64,000 nt of DNA from Acidimicrobiaceae bacterium (lineage in GTDB: Bacteria > Actinomycetota > Acidimicrobiia > Acidimicrobiales > Aldehydirespiratoraceae): positions 685-64,684 of the forward strand of contig JAPPMP010000028.1 of the NCBI GenBank assembly GCA_028819005.1, written 5' to 3'. Shown piece after piece: positions 46,880-57,216 of the stretch. The first letter of the stretch is position 1, and each line of letters starts with the position of its first letter. Both the position numbers and the translations under genes were made by a program. The notes below the pieces were generated by a model. It searched no databases, had not been told where the DNA came from, and worked only from the letters and a program-made list of their open reading frames with translations.

Positions 46880-47287
46880 ATGAACCTCGACCACGAACTT
46901 CTCGATGAGGCTTCAGGACCAGAGCAGGTTCTTGGGCGACCGCAGGCGAAATCCAGCTGGATGCGTGGGCTTCCCGAGTCTCCCCTCCCGGCGATCCTGG
47001 GAGCGGTGATAGTCCTGCTCTTGGGCTTCGCTCTCACACAGACCAACGACAGGATCTCCCGCCTCGAAGACAGAGTCGACGCCGGTTTCACCAGAGTCGA
47101 TGAGCGGTTCGCGAGAATTGACGAGCGGTTTGTTGCCTTGGAGGCCAGGTTCGACCAGCTCGATCTGAAGCTCACCGCGTTGATCGCAGCGCTCAACGCG
47201 ACCGAGCAGGTGGAGGCCGCTCTCGAAGGCAGGCTCTTGACCCCCGAGGCCCCGTCGGTCGATGAGATAGTCCCGCAACCAGGCTGA
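46880..47287 (+). CDS. Hypothetical protein with one TM helix and a coiled coil
   Basis: Hydrophobic AILGAVIVLLLGFAL followed by RVDAGF/RVDERF/RIDERF heptads. Confidence 0.6.
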   Translation: MNLDHELLDEASGPEQVLGRPQAKSSWMRGLPESPLPAILGAVIVLLLGFALTQTNDRISRLEDRVDAGFTRVDERFARIDERFVALEARFDQLDLKLTALIAALNATEQVEAALEGRLLTPEAPSVDEIVPQPG

Positions 47288-47371
47288 CAATCCGCACTGC
47301 CCCCGAGCGCAAGGCGCCCTCAGAGTCTCAGCGATGCGACTCCTGACGGCGGGTCCTCTGAACGTTTTTCG

Positions 47372-47456
47372 CGGAGGGTGTGGGATTTGAACCCACGGAG
47401 GCTTGCACCTCACACGCTTTCCAAGCGTGCCCATTCGGCCGCTCTGGCAACCCTCC
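47372..47456 (-). tRNA. tRNA-Ser (GGA)
   Basis: GGAGGGT/ACCCTCC acceptor stem, CACGC-TTGGAAA-GCGTG anticodon arm, long variable arm, GGTTCAAATCC T-loop; CCA not encoded. Confidence 0.95.
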
Positions 47457-47509
47457 GGGTACACCCTGGTGCGGGTATCGGCTCAAAAGGATAGCGTGGA
47501 TTGACCGCT

Positions 47510-47641
47510 CCCGTTTCGGGGTGTGGCGGTCGGGTCCTGTGCAACAGGCGTCCGTGAACCGGGTCAGGGCCGGAAGGCAGCAGCTCTCAGCGGAGCCGCC
47601 CGTGTGCCGCAGACCACCTGGCCGTCACTCCCGGAAACGGG
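47510..47641 (+). ncRNA. ffs: Signal recognition particle RNA (4.5S)
   Basis: TCAGGGCCGGAAGGCAGCAGC domain IV motif at 47564-47584 in a long hairpin, upstream of dnaX. Ends approximate. Confidence 0.9.
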
Positions 47642-47719
47642 GGCCGTGCAGGCCCCGCAAATTGACCGTAAATTCCTGACGACAGCCGTGTCACGAACGC
47701 GCAGTAGGATGGCCCGAAC

Positions 47720-49663
47720 ATGGCCTATCAGTCCCTCTACCGTCGCTACAGACCTCAGAAATTCTCCGAGATCCGAGGTCAGAACCACGTTGTTGCAGCC
47801 CTGTGCAACGCTGTGGCGAATGACCAAGTCGGCCACGCATACATGTTCAGCGGCCCGCGGGGCACCGGCAAGACCAGTTCGGCGCGGGTGCTGGCCAAAG
47901 CGCTCAACTGCGAGAATCTCGGCGAGGACTCGGAGCCGTGCGGCGCCTGTGAAAGCTGTACGGCCATCGAACAGGGGCGCTCCTTCGATCTGCACGAACT
48001 CGACGCCGCGAGCAATAACGGCGTCGAAGACATGCGTGATCTGTTGGGCAAAGTCAACCTCGGCAACCCGGGGAGGATGAAGGTCTACATCCTCGACGAG
48101 GTTCACATGCTGACTAGCGGAGCGGAGAACTCCCTGTTGAAGACCCTTGAGGAACCCCCCGGCCATGTGGTCTGGGTGCTCGCCACGACCGAGCCTCACA
48201 AGGTCGTCGAGACGATTCGGAGCCGCTGCCAGGTATTCGAGCTCGGTCTGCTCGGCGCCGAGGAAATGGCGTCCCATGTGCGCTGGGTCATTGACGACGC
48301 CGGTCTCGACGTCGATGACGACGCGGTCGACTATGTGGTGTCGGTCGGCGGCGGTTCGGTCCGAGACACGCTCAGCGCGCTCGACCGCGTGGTGGCCGCC
48401 GGTGGCGTGGTCGAAATCGACCAGTCGATCGACCAGTTGCTTCAAGCCCTCGCGGCGAACGACACGGCCGCCGCTCTGGGCGCGGTCGGCGATGGGTTGG
48501 GAAGGGGGCGTGATCCCCGAACCATCGGCGAGACGTCGGTCGCAGGGCTGCGCGACGCGTTCTTGACCGCAATGGGGTCACCACCGCCTCGAATCACCGT
48601 GGCCGAGCAGGAGCGCGCCTCACAGATTGCCGAGCAGATGTCTCCGCTGCGACTGACGAGGGCGCTGGAGACATTGGGCACGGCGCTGGTGGAGATGCGC
48701 CAGGCGCCCGACCCTCGGGTGCATCTCGAAGTGGCTCTGGTCCGGCTGTGCCGCTCGGCCGGCGACAATTCGGTCGACTCGCTGCTGGAACGAATCGAAC
48801 AGCTCGAAGCGCGCCTCGCTGCAAGTTCTGTGCCCGCTTCGGCCGAATCCGTGTCGGCCGCGCCCGCCACTCCTTCGGCTGCGCCTGCTCCGCCGTCTTT
48901 GCCCGTCGCGGCTGCTTCGTCGGCGCCGCCTGCTTCTGTTGCTCCGCCGTCTTTGCCCGTCGCGGCTTCGTCGGAACCCGCTTCGGCGGCGATGGGTGTT
49001 GATCCGGAGCCCGGTGAACCACGCCGGTTTGAAGGGTCTGCTGTTGCCCCGAAGTTGCCACCGGCCCCGTCGTTGGCCTCGGCGGCTCAGAGTCCCGCCG
49101 ATGAAGATCTCCGGTCGTTGCGACCGAAGTCGGCGAAAGAGGTCGTTGAACTGGCCGGACAGCACCTCTCGCTCGGGCGCGACCTGGTGGTCAGTCGGGC
49201 CAACAGCTTCCTCGGTCCCGCCGAGGGCCCGCGCTCCGAAGACGACCTTCAAAGGTTGTGGCGGGCGCTGGTTGATGAGTTCGGCCCGGCCTCGGTCCCC
49301 TCCGCTCCTGCGCTCGCCGATGAACCCCCCGCCCCGACTCGGCCGGACCCTGTGGCGAGCCCAACCCGGGATGAAGAGCAAGATTCAGTCACGGCCCGAC
49401 CGGGGGAACCGCAGGCCGACACGGCAGGCACGGCTGACGAGCCGGCAACGACCGAAACGACCGAAACGACGGCAACGACCGAAACGACCGATACAATGGA
49501 CGAGCCGGCAGAACCGGACATGGCCGACCCGCACGGCGACGGGCTCGATCTGGACGAGCTCATTGATGCGTCGTCCCACACGGATCAGGTGGTGGAGCTC
49601 CTCGAAGAGGCATTCCCAGGCGCCGAGATCGACACCCCGTCAGCATCCAGGGCCGACCAGTGA
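47720..49663 (+). CDS. dnaX: DNA polymerase III subunit gamma/tau
   Basis: [18 protein letters not shown], zinc-binding Cys cluster, ELDAASN, DEVHML, TIRSRC; Pro/Ala/Thr-rich tail. Confidence 0.96.
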   Translation: MAYQSLYRRYRPQKFSEIRGQNHVVAALCNAVANDQVGHAYMFSGPRGTGKTSSARVLAKALNCENLGEDSEPCGACESCTAIEQGRSFDLHELDAASNNGVEDMRDLLGKVNLGNPGRMKVYILDEVHMLTSGAENSLLKTLEEPPGHVVWVLATTEPHKVVETIRSRCQVFELGLLGAEEMASHVRWVIDDAGLDVDDDAVDYVVSVGGGSVRDTLSALDRVVAAGGVVEIDQSIDQLLQALAANDTAAALGAVGDGLGRGRDPRTIGETSVAGLRDAFLTAMGSPPPRITVAEQERASQIAEQMSPLRLTRALETLGTALVEMRQAPDPRVHLEVALVRLCRSAGDNSVDSLLERIEQLEARLAASSVPASAESVSAAPATPSAAPAPPSLPVAAASSAPPASVAPPSLPVAASSEPASAAMGVDPEPGEPRRFEGSAVAPKLPPAPSLASAAQSPADEDLRSLRPKSAKEVVELAGQHLSLGRDLVVSRANSFLGPAEGPRSEDDLQRLWRALVDEFGPASVPSAPALADEPPAPTRPDPVASPTRDEEQDSVTARPGEPQADTAGTADEPATTETTETTATTETTDTMDEPAEPDMADPHGDGLDLDELIDASSHTDQVVELLEEAFPGAEIDTPSASRADQ

Positions 49664-50310
49664 GCTACTCCAACGCTGTGCAGGAACTGATCGACCAGTT
49701 GGGCCGCCTGCCGGGGATCGGCCCCAAATCCGCGCAGAGGGTCGCGTTCCACCTGCTCAAGGTTCCGCGCGAGGATGCGCTGTCGCTGTCGCAGGCTATC
49801 GTCGAGGCGAAAGAACGAGTGTCGTACTGTCAGCGCTGCTTCAACCTCTCCGAATCAGGCGACGAATGTCCGATATGCGTCAACCCGCGCCGCCAGGACG
49901 GGCTCGTCTGTGTCGTGGAAGACAGTCAAGACATAGTTGCCATTGAACGCACGCAGGAGTTCCGCGGCCGCTACCACGTCTTGGGAGGAGCGTTCAGCCC
50001 CATCGACGGCGTCGGCGTCGAGCAGCTTCGGATCAAGGAGTTGATGAGCCGGGTCGCCGATGAGGACATATCAGAGGTCATCGTCGCCACCAATCCCAAC
50101 CTCGAAGGCGAAGCGACCGCGGCTCTGCTGGTCAAGTACCTGAAGCCGATGGGGGTGCGGGTCACCCGGATCGCCATGGGCCTGCCGGTGGGCGGCGACC
50201 TCGAATATGCAGACGAGCTCACCCTGGGTCGTGCCCTTGAAGGGCGCAAGGTGATCGACGGCAGCGAAACCGCCCCCGCGGCGGGAACCGTTCAGGCGGT
50301 TGTTCCGTAG
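49660..50310 (+). CDS. recR: Recombination mediator RecR
   Basis: [12 protein letters not shown]4 zinc finger, [18 protein letters not shown]. Confidence 0.97.
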   Translation: MSYSNAVQELIDQLGRLPGIGPKSAQRVAFHLLKVPREDALSLSQAIVEAKERVSYCQRCFNLSESGDECPICVNPRRQDGLVCVVEDSQDIVAIERTQEFRGRYHVLGGAFSPIDGVGVEQLRIKELMSRVADEDISEVIVATNPNLEGEATAALLVKYLKPMGVRVTRIAMGLPVGGDLEYADELTLGRALEGRKVIDGSETAPAAGTVQAVVP

Positions 50311-50336
50311 CACCCGATGCCCAGTATTCTGAGCGG

Positions 50337-50738
50337 ATGCAACTCACAGAAATCGACCACATCGCCATCGCGGTCAACGACCTTGAAGCCGCAATCGCCT
50401 ACTATCACGAAGCGTTCGGGGCCGAGGTCCATCACCGAGAGGTGGTTGAATCAGACGGCGTCGAAGAAGCGCTGATAAAGGTCGCCGACAGCTACATCCA
50501 GCTCACCTCGGCGACTCGAGGAGACTCCCCGATCGCCAAGTTCCTGCAGAAGCGGGGTGAGGGGCTGCATCATGTCGGCTACCGCGTCGACGATTGCGCT
50601 GATGCGCTCGCCCGGATGGTCGCAGCGGGGGCGGTGCCCATAGACGCCGCGCCCCGTCCCGGCTCAAGGGGCACGACAGTGGCCTTCATCCACCCCAAAG
50701 GCTCGCTCGGCACGCTCATAGAACTGGTGCAGGAGTAG
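50337..50738 (+). CDS. mce: Methylmalonyl-CoA epimerase
   Basis: IDHIAIAV, SPIAKFLQKRGEGLHH, AFIHPK, LIELVQ. Confidence 0.9.
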   Translation: MQLTEIDHIAIAVNDLEAAIAYYHEAFGAEVHHREVVESDGVEEALIKVADSYIQLTSATRGDSPIAKFLQKRGEGLHHVGYRVDDCADALARMVAAGAVPIDAAPRPGSRGTTVAFIHPKGSLGTLIELVQE

Positions 50739-50780
50739 CGGGCGTCCACACCGGGGGCCGGGGTGTGTGAGGCTCAGCAG

Positions 50781-51653
50781 ATGTTCGTGCATCTCGTTGA
50801 CGGGACATACGAACTGTTCCGCTTCCATTACGCCCCGTCCAACCGCGACGCCCGCCTCGGTGCACAGCGTGGCGTGCTCAACACGGTGCTGGACCTAGTC
50901 GCCGACGGCGCCACCCACATCGGAATCGCCACCGACCATGTGATCGAGTCGTTCCGCAACGACCTCTACATCGGCTACAAGGACGGCAGCGGTGTGGAAC
51001 CGGATCTCTTCGCCCAGTTCGCTGAGGTGGAGGAGTTGCTGGGACTCGCCGGGTTCGCGGTGTGGCCACAGATCACCCACGAGGCCGACGACGGGCTGGC
51101 GGCCGGCGCGGCGATGGCCGCAGCCGATCCGCGGGTCGAACAGGTGATCATCTGCACGCCCGACAAGGACTTGGCCCAATGCGTGACCGCCGACAGCCGG
51201 GTCGTGCAGCTAGATCGTCGCCGTGGAATCACTTACGACCGCCAGGGCGTAATCGAGAAATTCGGGGTGCCGCCCGAGTCGATACCCGACTATCTCGGAG
51301 TGGTGGGAGACGCCGCAGACGGCTTTCCGGGGCTTGCGGGCTGGGGGGCGAAGTCGGCAGCCAAGATCCTGTCGAAGTTCGGCCACATCGACCGGGTTCC
51401 GTTCGACGTTGCGGAATGGAACCTTGACGTCCGCGGCGGCGCCAAGCTGGCTCTGACGCTCAGCGAGTACTTCGAGGAGGCGCTGCTCTTTCGGCGCATC
51501 GCCACGGTCGATGCCGGCGCCCCGGTGAGCGCGTCGGTCGACGAGATGCTCTGGACAGGGCCGGGGACCGGATTCGACGAGCGTTGTTCAGCTATAGGTG
51601 CTGAACGGATCGCGCAGAGGACTCATCGACTGTTCGCCGGTTTCGACGGTTGA
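50781..51653 (+). CDS. 5'-3' exonuclease/flap endonuclease
   Basis: LVDGTYELFR, SFRND, EADD, DKDL, GDAADGFPGLAGWGAKSA. Confidence 0.9.
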   Translation: MFVHLVDGTYELFRFHYAPSNRDARLGAQRGVLNTVLDLVADGATHIGIATDHVIESFRNDLYIGYKDGSGVEPDLFAQFAEVEELLGLAGFAVWPQITHEADDGLAAGAAMAAADPRVEQVIICTPDKDLAQCVTADSRVVQLDRRRGITYDRQGVIEKFGVPPESIPDYLGVVGDAADGFPGLAGWGAKSAAKILSKFGHIDRVPFDVAEWNLDVRGGAKLALTLSEYFEEALLFRRIATVDAGAPVSASVDEMLWTGPGTGFDERCSAIGAERIAQRTHRLFAGFDG

Positions 51654-51687
51654 CGCCGAAACGAAGCGTGTGCAGCTCGGCGCGTGA

Positions 51688-52764
51688 TCATCCCTCGGCA
51701 GCCAGCACTTCGCTGATTCCCATAGGCGCTGCCTGTTCAAGCTGGCTGTATTCGCACGACGCGTCCTCACGGTCGGGCCGCCAGCGCACGAAACGAGTGA
51801 TCCCCCGGAACCGGCCGTTGAGAACGGCCTCGTATTTGACTTCGGCCACCAGCTTGCAATCGAGCGGCGTCCAGTCCTGGGACGGTTTGCCGCTGCTCCA
51901 ACGGGAGGGCGCCCCGGGCATCAGGCCCCCCTGATGTGCCTGCGGGTTCATCCACTCCGACCAGGGATGATCTGCAAAGTCCTCGATGATGTTGGGGGCG
52001 AGAGCGTCGACGAGCTCGGCCCGCAGGCTCGCTTTGAAACTGGAGGCGACGCCCATGTGGTGCAACCGCTGCTCTTCATCGTGCAAGCCGACCAGCAGTG
52101 AACCCACTCCGTTGCCGTCCTTGTGCATCCGGTAGCCGGCGACGACCACGTCTGCGGTGCGGGTGTGCTTGACCTTGAACTGGGCCCGCTTATTGGGCAG
52201 GTAGGCGCCGTTGCATGGCTTGGCGATCAACCCGTCGAGCCCCGCGCCCTCGAAGCGCGCATACCACTCGTGAGCGATGGTTCGATCGAATGTGGAGGGC
52301 GCCAGGTGAACAGGCGGCTCGAAACCCGAGGAGATGGTCTCAAGGATTCTGCGGCGATCCCGGAAAGGCTCGTCGACCAGCGCGGCGTCGTTGACGGCGA
52401 GCACGTCGAAAGCCACGAACTCGGCGGGTGTTTCTTCAGCGAGGCGCTCGACTCGGGAAGCCGCCGGATGTATCCGCTGCTGCAGCGCATCGAAACCGAG
52501 ATGGTCGTCGATGGCCACGATGATCTCGCCGTCTACAACGCAGCGCTGCGGCAGACATTGCTGCAGTGGTTCCAGAAGCTCCGGGAAGTAACGGGTGAGC
52601 GGTTTCTCGTTGCGCGAACCCAGGTGAACCTCATCGCCGTCACGGAAGACGATGCACCGGAAACCGTCCCACTTGGGTTCGAAAGCGAGGTCCCCGTGTT
52701 CGGGAATACCGCCGATCGCCTTTGCCAGCATCGGCTTCACCGGCGGCACAACAGGCAGATCCAT
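51688..52764 (-). CDS. ligC: ATP-dependent DNA ligase (LigC-like)
   Basis: MDLPVVPPVKPMLAK, EPKWDGFR, DGEI, GLDGLIAK, RWRPDR. True start is 52764. Confidence 0.9.
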   Translation of the reverse strand: MDLPVVPPVKPMLAKAIGGIPEHGDLAFEPKWDGFRCIVFRDGDEVHLGSRNEKPLTRYFPELLEPLQQCLPQRCVVDGEIIVAIDDHLGFDALQQRIHPAASRVERLAEETPAEFVAFDVLAVNDAALVDEPFRDRRRILETISSGFEPPVHLAPSTFDRTIAHEWYARFEGAGLDGLIAKPCNGAYLPNKRAQFKVKHTRTADVVVAGYRMHKDGNGVGSLLVGLHDEEQRLHHMGVASSFKASLRAELVDALAPNIIEDFADHPWSEWMNPQAHQGGLMPGAPSRWSSGKPSQDWTPLDCKLVAEVKYEAVLNGRFRGITRFVRWRPDREDASCEYSQLEQAAPMGISEVLAAEG

Positions 52765-52821
52765 GAGTCGAGAGCTTACGCTCGGTTTGCTGTCAGCGGT
52801 CGGGCCTAGCACGATGCAAGA

Positions 52822-53964
52822 ATGAGCGACGACATCCGGCCCTTCACCATCGACATACCCGACTCGGCAATCGACGATCTGCGCGAGCGCTTGGCCCGCA
52901 CCCGCTGGCCCGAAGCCGAACCGGTCGACGACTGGTCCCAAGGCATTCCCCTCACCTACACGCAGACGCTGTGCGAGTACTGGGCCACCGAATATGACTG
53001 GCGACGCTTCGAGTCCGAACTCAACTCCTACGACAACTGCCTGACCGAGGTCGATGGACTGGACATCCACTTTCTGCATGTCCGTTCGGCTCACGACGAC
53101 GCCACGCCGATGATCCTCACCCATGGCTGGCCCGGTTCGGTGGCCGAGTTCATGGCTGTGATCGGGCCGCTCACCGATCCGGCCAACCACGGCGGCAGCC
53201 CAGCGGACGCGTTCCATCTGGTGATCCCATCGCTGCCGGGCTACGGCTGGAGCGGCAAACCTGCGAGGCCCGGAATGGGTGTGCCCTGGATCGCAACCGC
53301 CTGGAACACGCTGATGGTCCGGCTCGGATACGAGTCCTACGTCGCACAGGGCGGTGACTGGGGCAGCGCGGTCACCACCACCATCGGATCGCAGAATCTG
53401 GGCAACGTTCGGGCGATACACACCAACATGCCCGTCTCGGGGCCCACCCCCGAATCGCTGGCAGACCCGACCGAACAGGAGCAGGCGGCGCTGGAAGCCC
53501 TGGGCCACTACGACCGCTGGGACTCGGGCTATTCCAAACAGCAGTCGACCCGTCCCCAGAGCCTCGGCTACGGCCTGGTCGACTCTCCCGCCGGTCAGTG
53601 CGCCTGGATCGGCGAGAAGATGTGGGCCTGGACCGACAACGACGGCGACCCGCGCAGCGCCCTGACCTTCGATCAGATGCTCGACAACATCTCGATCTAC
53701 TGGTTCACCGCCACCGCAGCCTCGTCGGCCCGGCTGTATTGGGAGAGCTTCGCCCAGTTCGGCGACGGCGCCGTCGATGTCCCCACTGGCTGCAGCATCT
53801 TCCCCAAAGAGATCATCCGCGCCAGCAGGCGCTGGGCCGCCAAGCGCTACACCAACATCGGCTATTGGAACGATCTCGAGATGGGCGGCCATTTCGCTGC
53901 ATGGGAGCAACCCGGCCTGTTCGTCGCCGAAATGCGCGCCGCCTTCAGCACTTTGAGCTACTAG
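52822..53964 (+). CDS. Epoxide hydrolase (microsomal-type alpha/beta hydrolase)
   Basis: HGWPGS, PSLPGYG, QGGDWG, GGHFAAWEQP. Confidence 0.93.
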   Translation: MSDDIRPFTIDIPDSAIDDLRERLARTRWPEAEPVDDWSQGIPLTYTQTLCEYWATEYDWRRFESELNSYDNCLTEVDGLDIHFLHVRSAHDDATPMILTHGWPGSVAEFMAVIGPLTDPANHGGSPADAFHLVIPSLPGYGWSGKPARPGMGVPWIATAWNTLMVRLGYESYVAQGGDWGSAVTTTIGSQNLGNVRAIHTNMPVSGPTPESLADPTEQEQAALEALGHYDRWDSGYSKQQSTRPQSLGYGLVDSPAGQCAWIGEKMWAWTDNDGDPRSALTFDQMLDNISIYWFTATAASSARLYWESFAQFGDGAVDVPTGCSIFPKEIIRASRRWAAKRYTNIGYWNDLEMGGHFAAWEQPGLFVAEMRAAFSTLSY

Positions 53965-53980
53965 AGTTCGCCTGTCGGAG

Positions 53981-54982
53981 TCAGCAGACGACTTCGTCGT
54001 TCCAGCGGACGTCTTCGAAGACTCGATCTGTGTAGGTCCGGCTCACGATCGCCTCGCGAGCAGCGTCCCATCGGTCTTTCCAAACCTCAAATTCTGTCAG
54101 CACCAGCCCGGGTGTGCGGGCGCTCCGAGCCGCGAACGTCGGGAACGCGGGGCGGCCGGTTCCCTGACCGATCGGGTTGTAGCGCAGGTCCGCACTCCAG
54201 CGCATCGATTTGGAGCGGTTCGGCAGAGCACGATGAACGTTCAACTTGTCGAACAGCACGATTCCTCCCCGCCGGACAGGCAACGGTCGTTCCTTCAGTT
54301 CAGAGAGAACCGCTGGTGGGACGTAGGGTTCTGAAGCCAGTTCCTGATTCGCGCAGTGCACCTGCGGGCCGAGGCGATGCGAGCCCGGGATCGACACTAG
54401 GCATCCGTTCTCGATCAGGGCGTCGGTCAATGCAACCCACACCGTCACGATCTGTGAATCATCAGCATCGGGCAACAGCGCAACGATGTCTTGGTGCCAG
54501 GTGGTCGCGCCCACGTTGGAGTGGCGCCTGAGGGTCTCGTCGACCACCTGGGCCTCTGCTGGCTTCATCCGCATCTGTTGGACGGGGTTCGATGCGATCT
54601 CCGGCCCGATGACCGACTCGACCGCATCGAGGATCGAGGGGTGCCTCAACAGATCGAAGACTGCCGGTCCGCAATGCATCAGATAAGAGTCGGCATCGAC
54701 GGGGCCGTTGATCAGCGGCAGAGAGATGTTGAACCGACGATGCGCTTGCGGGTCGGCGGTGATCACCGCGGCATAGCGATCTCCGAAAGTGCCGACGGGG
54801 CGTTGCCTGAGCGCTCCCGCTGCCAACATGCGCCCTATCTGGTCCTCGAGGATCAGTTCGTATTCGTCGTAGATCGGAACAAGGTCCCGGTCATTCAGGA
54901 GGCCATCGACGACCACGAAACCGTCGCGTTCGAACGCTTCAAGTTGATTCACTGAGAGACCCCGACGACCAGTCCCGGACAC
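53981..54982 (-). CDS. Phytanoyl-CoA dioxygenase (PhyH) family Fe/2OG dioxygenase
   Basis: FERDGFVVV, WHQD, TVWVAL, ENGCL..IPGSH, HRALPN, RWSADLRY. Start uncertain. Confidence 0.85.
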   Translation of the reverse strand: MSGTGRRGLSVNQLEAFERDGFVVVDGLLNDRDLVPIYDEYELILEDQIGRMLAAGALRQRPVGTFGDRYAAVITADPQAHRRFNISLPLINGPVDADSYLMHCGPAVFDLLRHPSILDAVESVIGPEIASNPVQQMRMKPAEAQVVDETLRRHSNVGATTWHQDIVALLPDADDSQIVTVWVALTDALIENGCLVSIPGSHRLGPQVHCANQELASEPYVPPAVLSELKERPLPVRRGGIVLFDKLNVHRALPNRSKSMRWSADLRYNPIGQGTGRPAFPTFAARSARTPGLVLTEFEVWKDRWDAAREAIVSRTYTDRVFEDVRWNDEVVC

Positions 54983-55030
54983 GCCGAAAAAATACCCGGC
55001 GATCACCGTTGTGCCAAGCGTGCCGAGCCC

Positions 55031-55420
55031 TTGGAGAATCTTCCCGAGGGTTACGGGGATGGTCTCGTCAGGAAGTTCGTCGCGACAGAAGAACTTGTCC
55101 AACGGGAGGTTTTTGAACAGCTTCCCTTGGACGGTGACGCAACTCGGTTGCTTCGGGAACTCACAGTCGCATGGACGGAGCGTCCTCCCAAGGCCGCTCA
55201 GTCGATGACAGGTTTGGTTGTGGCTGGTTTTGGCGAATCAGAGTTCGCTCCTGTGCTGATCGAACGACAGGTGTATGGCGTGATGGGTGGCTTGTTGCGT
55301 CGCCGACCTACAGACGAACACCGCATCTCCGGTGACAACAACGCAGCCGTAGTGCCGTTTGCTCAGCGCGAGATGGTCGATTTGTGGCTCTTCGGAAATG
55401 AGGGCGGACAACGCGCTTGA
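55031..55420 (+). pseudogene. Internal fragment of an uncharacterised, possibly Ntn-hydrolase-like protein
   Basis: GLVVAGFGESEFAP...VPFAQREMVDLWLFG resembles the middle of a larger conserved hypothetical family, from memory; the expected N- and C-termini are missing. Confidence 0.4.
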
Positions 55421-55721
55421 CGACGTGCGCCGCAGCAACCACCCCATGCTGCTTGAAACCCAACCCAAACCGTCGCGAAGAATCAGAAACATCTCAGAGG
55501 GCCGATGATGACGTCAAGTGAGCGAGCCATTCATCCCGCAGTTAGCATGGTGGGAGCGGTACTGGAGCAATGCCTAGAGGACTTCCGGGGCAGCACCGAG
55601 CAGCATTGAGCGCGCCGCCGCAGCCGCGGGCCGCGAAGGCCAGGACGGCTCCGGTCGGCCGATGCCCGCATCGCGAATCAATTCATAGCCACACAGGCAC
55701 CTTCTGGCTATGATTTCATAC

Positions 55722-56294
55722 ATGTCCCCCGCAACCATTCCGATCGCGTTTATGCGCGCCGAGGCCCGCGACCTCGGGATCTCGGACCGCGACCTCGCGA
55801 AGCTGACCGCCCAAGGCGACCTGGACCGCATTGCGCGCGGTATCTACGCCCGCGCCGGACACGGTGCCGACCCAGACCTTCTCGAGCTAGCTCTGCGCAA
55901 CCCTCACACCACCCTCTGCCTCACGACCGCCCTCGCTCACCACAGCCTCACCGACGAGATCCCACACACCATCGACGCCGCCTTGCCGCGTCACCACTGG
56001 CAGCCGAAGACACGGGCTCCCATCACCTGGCATCGGTTCGACCGTGACACCTTCTACATCGGACGCGACGACCTTCACCTCGTCGACACGATCACCATCG
56101 CCATCTACAGCCCGGCGCGCTCGATCATCGACGCCTACCGCCTCCGTCATCGGCTCGGCATCGACCTCGCACACACAGCCCTACGCCGCTGGCTCAACCA
56201 ACGCGGCAACCATCCCTCAGAGCTCCTGGAACTAGCCAGATCGTTCCCGCGCGCCATGCCAGCACTTCGGGCCGCAATCGAAACCCTTCAATGA
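55722..56294 (+). CDS. AbiEi-family (type IV TA) antitoxin
   Basis: LDRIARGIY, CLTTALAHHSLTDEIP, IYSPARSIIDAYRLR. Confidence 0.85.
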   Translation: MSPATIPIAFMRAEARDLGISDRDLAKLTAQGDLDRIARGIYARAGHGADPDLLELALRNPHTTLCLTTALAHHSLTDEIPHTIDAALPRHHWQPKTRAPITWHRFDRDTFYIGRDDLHLVDTITIAIYSPARSIIDAYRLRHRLGIDLAHTALRRWLNQRGNHPSELLELARSFPRAMPALRAAIETLQ

Positions 56295-56302
56295 GCCCCC
56301 AA

Positions 56303-56374
56303 GGGCGCTGGAAGCCCCGGAGCCGGCGTTCTGCAAGCACCTCAACCGGCCCCGGCGCCGGCCCAGGTCCGCCG
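56303..56374. repeat. Dispersed ~73-nt repeat, copy B
   Basis: Aligns to 35982..36054. Confidence 0.75.
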
Positions 56375-56437
56375 CCAGGCTACCGACGCCGCGGTGCACA
56401 GGGCGTGGGGTTGCCGAACCGTGTGAGGTTCCTGCCG

Positions 56438-56965
56438 TTACAGGCTGTCAGGTTCGCTCGCCAAGCTCTTTCGAATGTCTTTCATCAACAGAACCAGATG
56501 GTTGGGGTTGTCATGCAACGCCTCGAATTCAGCTACTCTCATGTAAAATTCGCGGGCATTTTCAGATTCGGCGTGGATCACCAGCCCACGGCAGCCGATC
56601 TGTTCGCCTAATTCTGCGGTGCGTCTCAACACATCTGAAAGCAACGCGCTTCCCAACCCGCGGCGTTCGTGGTCGCGGTGGACTCCCAACCGTGTCAACA
56701 ACGCAGCCGGCAGCAGAGGATAACGTCCTGTGCCGGCACGCCATCTGTCGGTGACTGTCTCTACGGGGACCGCTGTCATGCACCATCCGCAGCAAGCGAC
56801 GACTGTGCCATCTGACTTGTCGGTTACGACGAACACTTTGGATGTGTTGGCTGCGGCTGCGTTATGGGCGGCATGCAGAAGCCAGTTCGTCTGCGCCTGT
56901 GAACGACAAACGAACTGCTTTACGCTGTCGTCGCGTTCCAGCAACCGCGGTCGGTTGTAGCTCAC
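56438..56965 (-). CDS. GNAT acetyltransferase toxin (TacT/AtaT-like)
   Basis: LLTRLGVH, RRGLGSALL, GCRGLVIHA, AREFY. Confidence 0.85.
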   Translation of the reverse strand: MSYNRPRLLERDDSVKQFVCRSQAQTNWLLHAAHNAAAANTSKVFVVTDKSDGTVVACCGWCMTAVPVETVTDRWRAGTGRYPLLPAALLTRLGVHRDHERRGLGSALLSDVLRRTAELGEQIGCRGLVIHAESENAREFYMRVAEFEALHDNPNHLVLLMKDIRKSLASEPDSL

Positions 56966-57216
56966 TCGTCGATGAACGGCGACGGTTGTTGGAACAGTTT
57001 GTCGAGTTTCGGCGTGTCACGTGGCGGACGCTCCAGCATGTCTTGAAGTTGACGCAGCCCTTCCTCCGTGCGAATCACCGGGGGAATATCGGCTGAGATG
57101 TCGACGTTGACCAGTGCCGGGCGGGTGCGAGGGACCCGAGGCGCAGAGGCGGCAGGCGCGCTGATGACGAACCCCAGCAGCGGCGGGCTCGCTGAACTTG
57201 GTTCGAGGTGGCCCAT
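56962..57216 (-). pseudogene. DUF1778-type antitoxin remnant (C-terminus only)
   Basis: LQDMLERPPRDTPKLDKLFQQPSPF overlaps the GNAT start (ATGA); no RHH N-terminus recognisable. Confidence 0.55.

Noticed and set aside
47372-47456. tRNA-Ser as an integration site
   Set aside because: No integrase and no duplicated tRNA 3' end was seen in the window.
48830-49500. Repeats in the dnaX tail and a possible programmed frameshift
   Set aside because: The APPSLPVAA duplication and TTE repeats are low-complexity linker sequence, and no A-run slippery site was seen.
52765-53910. Apparent 380-aa N-terminal extension of the DNA ligase
   Set aside because: It is the antisense of the epoxide hydrolase; ligase homology begins at ATG 52764.
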